From Pyrinomonadaceae bacterium (GTDB lineage: Bacteria; Acidobacteriota; Blastocatellia; Pyrinomonadales; Pyrinomonadaceae): a stretch of DNA of 54,452 nt. The stretch lies in the NCBI GenBank assembly GCA_036389695.1, contig DASVWG010000291.1, positions 1 through 54,452 on the forward strand, in the 5' to 3' direction. Numbering within the stretch: the stretch's first letter is position 1; every line of letters begins with the position of its first letter. Positions 29,916 through 36,460 of this stretch are shown in pieces. Under the pieces are notes generated by a model. It was not told where the DNA came from. It did no database searches and was given only the letters and a program-made list of their open reading frames with translations. A program made the translations under genes and the position numbers.

Positions 29916-30166
29916 AAGCGTGACCGGCGCGAATAAATTTTTACGGATTTTTACGGCAGCGCTTTCCTTTATATAGGCGTCCATAGCTCAATTCGCATCT
30001 GGATTTTTAACAGACCGCTCGCGCGAACGGTTTGAGCGATTTTGGTATACTTGACTTTTTTGTAAGTCTAGTCTATTTTTATGTGACAATGTTTGAGGTA
30101 TCATCCAACAGTGAAACTTCGGGCATTTATATATCAAGCGAGAAAGGGAGGGAAATTATGGCACGA

Positions 30167-30559
30167 ACGGAGTTATCTGCATCGGCAAATCGTCCGCCGC
30201 TACATCATCGGATTATGGCGAATTTGCAGGTTCAGGCGAGTTGGATTGATAAAGTGACCGGTAAAACGGTCTTGGTCGAAGGCTTAACGGAGAATATCGG
30301 TGAAACCAGCGCTCTGGTTAATTTGACTACTCTCCCGCCGGTCGGAAGTGAAGTTAGTCTGCGTATCTATGACGAAGAAAGAACTTTAATCGAAGTACCG
30401 ACGGAAGTAATCAGGGTCGAACGCGACCCGAGCAAACCATTAGCCGCGCTCTCCATCGGCGAAAACTTGAAAAAGTGGAAAACGACTGTGATGACCGCAG
30501 CGCAGGATTGGGTCACTCGTCAATGGAAACTTAACTACGAAGAAGAATGGGTCAACTAG
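30167..30559 (+). CDS. Small cytoplasmic protein, weak PilZ-like
   Basis: Strong RBS AGGGAGGG 7 nt upstream of ATG 30167; RPPLHHR ... ENIGETSALV loosely resembles PilZ RxxxR / DxSxxG; function uncertain. Confidence 0.5.
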   Translation, partial: TELSASANRPPLHHRIMANLQVQASWIDKVTGKTVLVEGLTENIGETSALVNLTTLPPVGSEVSLRIYDEERTLIEVPTEVIRVERDPSKPLAALSIGENLKKWKTTVMTAAQDWVTRQWKLNYEEEWVN

Positions 30560-30590
30560 CTTTTTAGGCTTCATTTCTTATTCATAATTA

Positions 30591-30636
30591 AAACGGGGAA
30601 GTTATTCGAACAGAATGGCTTCCCCGTTTCCCATTT
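30591..30636 (+). terminator. Terminator-like hairpin after the PilZ-like gene
   Basis: AAACGGGGAAG-17 nt-CTTCCCCGTTT then CCCATTTC. Confidence 0.55.
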
Positions 30637-30674
30637 CGGGCGATTTCAAATTCCAGATTCCAAATTTTTTCATT

Positions 30675-30794
30675 GTGTCAGTAGCCCAAGCGTGAGCGCG
30701 GGCTTTTCAGTTTGGAAATTCAAAAGTGGATTTGAAATTCAAAATCTAAAATCGGTAGCGGAAAAGCCCTCCTTTACAGTCGGGCTACTGACAC
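30675..30794. repeat. REPIN-like doublet (GTGTCAGTAGCCC-N12-GGGCTTTT, inverted copies)
   Basis: Units at 30675-30708 and 30762-30794; 13-bp outer stem GTGTCAGTAGCCC/GGGCTACTGACAC; variable hairpin loop. Confidence 0.8.
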
Positions 30795-30818
30795 GAAAGT
30801 TTGTAAATTTATGTAAAT
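30795..30818 (+). promoter_or_regulatory. GAAAGTTTGTAAATTTATGTAAAT motif (GTAAA-N5-GTAAA direct repeat), copy 2
   Basis: 63 nt upstream of the 30881 gene start; followed by CCGCGCCCGCCG (reverse complement of the block next to copy 1). Confidence 0.3.
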
Positions 30819-30880
30819 CCGCGCCCGCCGCTCGTCGCGCGGCAAACTGAAAAATCGTATAATGCATCTTTCTTAAAGTA

Positions 30881-31948
30881 ATGAAAAAAATCATCTCTAT
30901 CGCTTTCATACTGATTTTTGCCGGTTTCAGCTTCGCGCAGGAAACGCCGCCGCAGCAGAAACCGCTGACGCAAGCCGAATATGTCAGGCTGCTTTACGAT
31001 TTGGAAAAAAATCCGCGCAAGCGCGACGAAGTCATCGAAGCCGTGAGAAAACGCGGGCTCGGTTTCACCGTCACGGACGGAATCAAAAGCCTGACCATCA
31101 CCAAAAGCCGCAACGACGCCGAACTCAAACGCGCTCTGGAAGAAGCCTCGCGGCGGCGTGAAAACCCGACCGCCTCGCAGCCGCCGACCGAAAAAGAAAG
31201 CGCGGAAGTTTTAGCCAAATCGCGGCAGGCGACGCTCGAGGCGGTTGACGAGATGCCGGATTTCGTCGTCAAACAGATGATTCAGCGCTCGGAAGCTTAT
31301 GCCGGAACGAACAATTTCAAAAATCTGGACCGGCTGATTGTCGCCGTCAGCTATCGCTCGGAAGGCGCGGAAGAATACAAAATTTTAAGCTTAAACGGCG
31401 TCCTGCAGGATAATCCCAAGCCGAAAGGAACTTATTCGGAGCTCGGCGGAGCCAGCTCGACCGGTGAATTCGTCACGGCTCTGGCGGCGATTTTCAAGCC
31501 CGAAAGCGAAACGAGATTTGAAGTTATCGACACGGATTTGATTCGCGGTCGCCGCACTATCGTCTATGGCTTTGAAATTAAGAAAGACAAATCTCCGCAG
31601 CAAATCAGGACTTCACTCGGCGCCGGAGGCTCGACCTTGAGCGGAACGAAAGGGAAAATCTGGATTGACCGCGAAAACTTTCGCGTTTTACGCGTCGAAT
31701 CGCAGGCGACCGGGATTCCCGATGATTTTCCGATTCGCGCCGTCAGCCGCGTTATCGATTATGATTGGGTAACGATTTCCGATATGAAATTTCTTCTGCC
31801 TTTGCTCTCGGACGTGCGCCTGACCTATCGCGAAAATCGACAGCTTTTCGAATCGCGTAACCTGATTCGCTTCAAAGAGTATCAAAAATTCGGTTCGGAC
31901 GTGAAGGTTCTGGACGACGAGCAGGAAATGCCGGAAGAAAAACCGTAA
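30881..31948 (+). CDS. Secreted hypothetical protein
   Basis: 355 aa; signal peptide MKKIISIAFILIFAGFSFAQ; no recognised motif. Confidence 0.6.
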   Translation: MKKIISIAFILIFAGFSFAQETPPQQKPLTQAEYVRLLYDLEKNPRKRDEVIEAVRKRGLGFTVTDGIKSLTITKSRNDAELKRALEEASRRRENPTASQPPTEKESAEVLAKSRQATLEAVDEMPDFVVKQMIQRSEAYAGTNNFKNLDRLIVAVSYRSEGAEEYKILSLNGVLQDNPKPKGTYSELGGASSTGEFVTALAAIFKPESETRFEVIDTDLIRGRRTIVYGFEIKKDKSPQQIRTSLGAGGSTLSGTKGKIWIDRENFRVLRVESQATGIPDDFPIRAVSRVIDYDWVTISDMKFLLPLLSDVRLTYRENRQLFESRNLIRFKEYQKFGSDVKVLDDEQEMPEEKP

Positions 31949-31998
31949 ACATTTAACATTTAACATTTATCGGTCTTGAATGATAAATGTTAAATGTT
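31948..31998. repeat. 17-bp perfect inverted repeat (AACATTT units) with GGTCTTGAAT loop
   Basis: AACATTTAACATTTATC (31955-31971) / GATAAATGTTAAATGTT (31982-31998), plus one extra unit on the left; overlaps both flanking stop codons. Confidence 0.9.
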
Positions 31999-32182
31999 AC
32001 TTGAGAAAGTCGTAGCCGAAATAAGTCGCGGCGATAATCAGAGCCAGCCAGACCAAGCCTTTAATAAAGAAAAATAAAAAACCGGCGATGCCGAAGCGTT
32101 TCAGCCATTTATTAAGAGGATTTGTTTTTTCTTTCGTTTCCCGCATCATCATAAAAATAACTTTTTTGCACGAGTTTTTCAA
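31997..32182 (-). CDS. Possible small membrane protein
   Basis: 61-aa ORF with one or two hydrophobic spans (FGIAGFLFFFIKGLVWLALIIAATYF); stop overlaps a repeat arm; coding status unproven. Confidence 0.35.
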   Translation of the reverse strand: MKNSCKKVIFMMMRETKEKTNPLNKWLKRFGIAGFLFFFIKGLVWLALIIAATYFGYDFLK

Positions 32183-32210
32183 ACAATTTCTTTATCAGTC
32201 AGGCTGAATT

Positions 32211-32891
32211 ATGAAAAAACATTTTTGGAATTTTACCGCGCTCGTTTTTTGTTTTATTCTTTTTTCGTCCCTAAGTTTCGCACAGGACGCGCCGCCGCAG
32301 GAAGAAAACAAACGTGAGGCTGATTTGGTCGAACTCGTCAAACTCGATAAAACAATAAAACTCGATATTCGCTACAGTCGCACGGACAATTTCGTCGGCA
32401 AAGCCGTCTACACCGAAGCGCGCGCTTTTTTGCAGCGTCCCGCCGCCGAAGCGCTTCTGCGCGTGCATAAAAAGCTGAAAAAACAAAATCTCGGCTTGGT
32501 CATTTTCGACGGCTATCGCCCGTGGTCGGTGACCAAAATTTTCTGGGAAGTGACGCCCGAAGACAAGCGAAAATTTGTCGCGAATCCGAAAACCGGCTCG
32601 AAACACAATCGCGGCTGCGCGGTCGATTTGAGCATCTACGACAGGAAAACCGGAAAGCTCGTCGAGATGCCTTCGGATTTCGACGAATTTACCGAGCGCG
32701 CCTCGCCCGATTACGCGGGCGGAACGGAAAAAGCGAGAGAAAATCGTGATTTGCTGCGCCGTTTAATGGAAGCCGAAGGCTTCACCGTCAACGCCAACGA
32801 ATGGTGGCATTTCGATTATAAAAACTGGCAGGAATACGCGATTTACGACATCGCTTTTTCGGAGATAAAACCCGACAAAAAAAGAAATTAG
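32211..32891 (+). CDS. D-alanyl-D-alanine dipeptidase (peptidase M15D, VanX/DdpX-like), exported
   Basis: Signal peptide; GYRPW, SKHNRGCAVDL, EWWHFDY metal/active-site blocks; last two codons plus TAG come from the CACGAAA-family repeat. Confidence 0.85.
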   Translation: MKKHFWNFTALVFCFILFSSLSFAQDAPPQEENKREADLVELVKLDKTIKLDIRYSRTDNFVGKAVYTEARAFLQRPAAEALLRVHKKLKKQNLGLVIFDGYRPWSVTKIFWEVTPEDKRKFVANPKTGSKHNRGCAVDLSIYDRKTGKLVEMPSDFDEFTERASPDYAGGTEKARENRDLLRRLMEAEGFTVNANEWWHFDYKNWQEYAIYDIAFSEIKPDKKRN

Positions 32892-33047
32892 CCACGAAAG
32901 AACACGAAAGAGCGCGAAAAAGATTTAGCCGCGAATAACATGAATGTCACGAATAAGAAATAAAAATAATATTCGTGTCATTTGTGTAATTCGCGGCTGA
33001 CTTTCTTATTTCTCCTTTCGTGCTTTTTCGTGCCTTTTCGTGGCTAA
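32888..33047. repeat. Nested double inverted repeat, CACGAAA/TTAGCC family
   Basis: Outer TTAGCCACGAAAGAACACGAAAGAGCGCGAAAAAG / CTTTCGTGCTTTTTCGTGCCTTTTCGTGGCTAA; inner TTAGCCGCGAATAACATGAATGTCACGAAT (32925-) / ATTCGTGTCATTTGTGTAATTCGCGGCTGA (-33000). Confidence 0.85.
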
Positions 33048-33058
33048 ATCTTTTTGCT

Positions 33059-34480
33059 TTATTTTGCGGCGGTGCGTTTCAAAATCCAATCGGCGACGGT
33101 TTCCAGAACCTGCGGCGAGATTGTTTCCTCGATTTTGTCATACTCGCTTAATTGTCCGCTCTGGCTGGTTTGAAACAGGTGGTTGAGCTTCGGAAAAGAT
33201 TTGATTGTGTAATCTTTATTTCCGCCCGCTTTGAGTCCGGCGGCGATCAAATCCAGATTTTCCTTCCACGCGACCTGTAAATCGTTTTCGCCGTTGAGCG
33301 CCAGAACGGGAGCTTTTACTTTTTTCAGCGTCGGGCGCGGGTCGAAAGCGACGAAATAGCGAAACCACGCGGAGACATACATCGGAATCTGCGCTTTGAT
33401 AGTGGCTTCGGTCGCCGCAAATTCTTTTTTTTCGTCCTCGCTCAATCCGCTCGATGCTTTGGCGAGAAGCTCGTTGATACGTTGTTCGGCGCGTTTGCTG
33501 TCAGGTTCGGATTTGAGAATCGCCACGATACTTTTCAGAAATTTAACGGATTGCGCCGTCACGTTTTGACTCACTCCGCCGGCTTTTTGCAGTAATTCGG
33601 TTTGCGTGTAAATCACGTCCGCGCCGGTTTGCCCGAGACCGGCGAGCAGGACGATAAACGCCGCATCATTTGAGCGCGCGGCGACCATCGGCGCAATCAT
33701 TCCGCCTTCGCTGTGACCGATTAGACCGATTTGTTTCGGATTGATTTCCTTCCGGGTTTTGAGATATTCGATTCCTGCCAGCACATCTCCGGCAAAGTTT
33801 TCAGCGGTAAAATCGGGCGAGCCTGATTCCGAGCCGCCGACGCCGCGGTCGTCGACGCGCAAAACGGCGATGCCGCGTCTGGTCAGATAATCAGCCAGCA
33901 CGAGAAACGGTCGATGTCCGGCGACGGTTTCGTTGCGGTCCTGCGCGCCGCTGCCGGTAATTAAAATCACCGCCGGATATTGCCCGCCGCCGCGCGGCAA
34001 AGTCAGCGTTCCGGCTAGCTTGACGTTGTCTTTCGTGTTTTTGTAGCTGACTTCTTCCTCGTTATACGGATAAGGTTTCTGCGGGTCTTGCGGGCGGCTG
34101 ATTTTCGGCATTTCGGTCGCGCGCTTGAAAGTTAACGGCAGAGAATTGCCGCCCTGTTTGAGCGTTCCGCTAATCTGGCTGCCGTTTTCGCCCAGAATTC
34201 CTTCGTAGCTCAAGCCGTATTTTTGCGCCTCGAAAGTGACCAGATTATTTTGCTGTTTAATCGCGTCGATTTCCAAATCGTTCGCGCCTTGGTCGATGCT
34301 GTCGAGCTTTGCCGCAAAGCCGCCGGCGGTTTTTGAAACTTTCAGCAGAAGCCGCATTTTGATGCCGTTAAATTCAAGCGAGCCGAGCCAGTTTCCCTCG
34401 ATACCGGCGTTGTTTTGCCCGAAAACCGGCGCTGACAAAACGATTAAAAACATCAATATCTGATAAATTAAATTTTTCAT
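33059..34480 (-). CDS. Secreted alpha/beta hydrolase (serine hydrolase)
   Basis: 473 aa; signal peptide; nucleophile elbow GHSEGG. Confidence 0.7.
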   Translation of the reverse strand: MKNLIYQILMFLIVLSAPVFGQNNAGIEGNWLGSLEFNGIKMRLLLKVSKTAGGFAAKLDSIDQGANDLEIDAIKQQNNLVTFEAQKYGLSYEGILGENGSQISGTLKQGGNSLPLTFKRATEMPKISRPQDPQKPYPYNEEEVSYKNTKDNVKLAGTLTLPRGGGQYPAVILITGSGAQDRNETVAGHRPFLVLADYLTRRGIAVLRVDDRGVGGSESGSPDFTAENFAGDVLAGIEYLKTRKEINPKQIGLIGHSEGGMIAPMVAARSNDAAFIVLLAGLGQTGADVIYTQTELLQKAGGVSQNVTAQSVKFLKSIVAILKSEPDSKRAEQRINELLAKASSGLSEDEKKEFAATEATIKAQIPMYVSAWFRYFVAFDPRPTLKKVKAPVLALNGENDLQVAWKENLDLIAAGLKAGGNKDYTIKSFPKLNHLFQTSQSGQLSEYDKIEETISPQVLETVADWILKRTAAK

Positions 34481-34489
34481 TTTTTCTCC

Positions 34490-34810
34490 TTATCTGCCGC
34501 CGTTCATTTTTTCGAGAACTTCAATCATTTCGCGCAGCCGGTCGAAATTCAGGATAATCAAAATCGGCACGATAACGAGCGCGAGCGCGCCGAGAGCCAT
34601 GCCGACCTGCGCCCAGAGCCGGTGGTCTTTTAGTTTCGGCGCGGGATTTGCCCGCAGCGCCAGCCAGCCGAAAATGACTGCCAGAATCGCTTTTTCCAGA
34701 CCTAAAAGGCTAAAGAAACAGGAAATGCCCAGAACGAGCGCGACGGTCGCGTAAGCATATTTTTGTCCCAGCACGACGGAATCTTTCGTTTCGCTTGCAT
34801 TTGTTTCCAT
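34490..34810 (-). CDS. Small integral membrane protein (DUF4190-like)
   Basis: Start trimmed to ATG 34810; 3 hydrophobic spans; 4-nt gap to the anti-sigma gene. Confidence 0.5.
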   Translation of the reverse strand: METNASETKDSVVLGQKYAYATVALVLGISCFFSLLGLEKAILAVIFGWLALRANPAPKLKDHRLWAQVGMALGALALVIVPILIILNFDRLREMIEVLEKMNGGR

Positions 34811-34814
34811 AATT

Positions 34815-35240
34815 TTATTTCTCCAATATAAGCTCGGTATTAATTTTGAACGGATTTTCCCTGAGAAAACCGAACAACGCGACGACAAAAATCAAAGGCG
34901 CAAGCTTCAGCCACCAGCCGAGCTCTTCCGCCGGAAGCATTTCCAGCAATTTGCAGGCGACGAGAAATGCGCCGAGAACGAGAAAAATCCGCCAGCCGAA
35001 GCGCGGCGCGCATTTAGGCTCAATCCGCTTTTCGATTGCCGACCATAAATCTGCGTCCGGCTCGCGGCGCGCCTGTCTTTTAAGCAAATCGCCGGTTTTT
35101 TGAATTTTCTCAAATTCCTGTCGGCATTCGGCGCATTCGGCGAAATGCAGCGTTTTTTGTTCGGCGGAAATTTCGACTTTCTCGCCGTCCAGCTCAGCCA
35201 GCATCGCCATTAAAACGTTTTCACAATTCGTCTTCGTCAT
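34815..35240 (-). CDS. ZAS-type anti-sigma factor (membrane)
   Basis: HFAECAEC (HxxxCxxC), C-terminal TM spans; ATGA start/stop overlap with the sigma gene; 35537 extension rejected. Confidence 0.7.
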   Translation of the reverse strand: MTKTNCENVLMAMLAELDGEKVEISAEQKTLHFAECAECRQEFEKIQKTGDLLKRQARREPDADLWSAIEKRIEPKCAPRFGWRIFLVLGAFLVACKLLEMLPAEELGWWLKLAPLIFVVALFGFLRENPFKINTELILEK

Positions 35241-35779
35241 CTTTCCAAACGTTCTCCATGAAATTTTCCGGTCAGTTTCGCCTGCAAAGCCCTGCGGGCG
35301 TGGAAAAGGCGACTCATCACGGTTCCGCGCGGAATCTTCAAAAGGTCGGCGATTTCCTGATACGAAAGCCCGTCCAGATATTTCAAAGCGATTATCTCGC
35401 GGTCTTCTTCCGGCAGAGCGAGCAAAGCCGCTTCGAGCGCGAATCGCTCTTCGCGTGACACGCTCGGCTGCGGCGCGAAAATCGCGGTTTCCTCGATATT
35501 TTCGGTTTCCCTGCGCCGTGCCGTCATCTTGAAACAACGATGGCGCAGCAAAACGTAAAACCAGGGATAAAAACGCCGCGTCTTATCAAAACCCCCAAGC
35601 GCCTGATACGCGTCGATAAACGCTTCCTGCACGGCGTCCAGCGCGTCTTCCGCGTTGCCGAGAATGGCGACGGCGTGACTCGCGGCTTGTCTTTGATAGC
35701 TCTCAACCAGAAAACGAAACGCTTCCTTTTCGCCGTTTTGACATTTTTCAATTGCCGTCAAGTCATCCATACCAGCCAC
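35237..35779 (-). CDS. ECF RNA polymerase sigma factor
   Basis: Region 2 (FRFLVESYQRQAASHAVAILG, WFYVLLRHRC) and region 4 (IALKYLDGLSYQEIADLLKIPRGTVMSRLFHAR). Confidence 0.85.
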   Translation of the reverse strand: MAGMDDLTAIEKCQNGEKEAFRFLVESYQRQAASHAVAILGNAEDALDAVQEAFIDAYQALGGFDKTRRFYPWFYVLLRHRCFKMTARRRETENIEETAIFAPQPSVSREERFALEAALLALPEEDREIIALKYLDGLSYQEIADLLKIPRGTVMSRLFHARRALQAKLTGKFHGERLER

Positions 35780-35850
35780 TCACTATAACGTATCCCCAAA
35801 AACGAAAAAATATTCAAATTTTTTTAGAAGCGGTTTGGAAATAGGAATTT

Positions 35851-35980
35851 TGTAACGCCGCCATCTTGGCGGCTGTCCGGCGGGCATCTTGCCTGCCGTT
35901 GTGCCCGCAATGAAGCTGATTTTTGTTTACAGGCGGCGGCAAGATGCCGCCGCGACAGCCAGCAAGATGCTGGCGCTACA
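35851..35980. repeat. Four small GC hairpins with ATCTT/AAGAT loops arranged as an inverted doublet of doublets
   Basis: GCCGCC-ATCTT-GGCGGC (35857-73), GGCGGGC-ATCTT-GCCTGCC (35879-97), GGCGGC-AAGAT-GCCGCC (35935-51), GCCAGC-AAGAT-GCTGGC (35958-74); outer TGTAACGCC / GGCGCTACA. Confidence 0.85.
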
Positions 35981-36082
35981 ATTTCAGCGAATCTTTTGAA
36001 CCTACGCTTTTCTTGCAAATCCGGGCGTAAAGGCATAAATTACTTTTCGTTTTATCAAAACCCGAAAAGGAGTGAAAGAAAA

Positions 36083-36406
36083 ATGTCTATTACCGTTACT
36101 TTTACGCCTGAGTCGATGAGTTCCAGCCAGTATGAGGAAATCATCAAAAGGCTTAAGCAGGCAGGTGCCGACAAGCCGCGCGGCAGACTTTTTCACGTTT
36201 GTCACGGCGACGCCGACCATCTGCGTGTTCTGGACGTTTGGAATTCGATAGAGGATTTTCAGGAGTTCGGGCAGACGCTGATACCAATTATCGGAGAAGT
36301 CGGCGTCATCTCTGCCGAACCAGAAATCCGTGAGGTGTATAGCTTCTCAGATGATATAAACACTATTGATATTGACATAGATACTTCAAGGTTTCATGAC
36401 CTGTAA
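36083..36406 (+). CDS. Small dimeric alpha/beta-barrel (ABM-like) protein
   Basis: 107 aa from ATG 36083 with AAAGGAG RBS; MS..QYEEI...L......P.G.LFHVC.......RVLDVWNS.EDFQEFG pattern. Confidence 0.55.
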   Translation: MSITVTFTPESMSSSQYEEIIKRLKQAGADKPRGRLFHVCHGDADHLRVLDVWNSIEDFQEFGQTLIPIIGEVGVISAEPEIREVYSFSDDINTIDIDIDTSRFHDL

Positions 36407-36442
36407 AAAGGGCAAAGCCGTTTGACCTTGCCCTTTCGTTTT
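36405..36442. terminator. Bidirectional terminator between the ABM-like gene and the M16 peptidase
   Basis: AAAGGGCAA-12 nt-TTGCCCTTT flanked by an A-run and CGTTTT. Confidence 0.7.
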
Positions 36443-36460
36443 AAGCCAATCAGATTGATT

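Noticed and set aside
35824-36036. 70-aa minus-strand ORF.
   Set aside because: It is made almost entirely of the four ATCTT-loop hairpin repeats (35851-35980), so it is a repeat-derived frame, not a gene.
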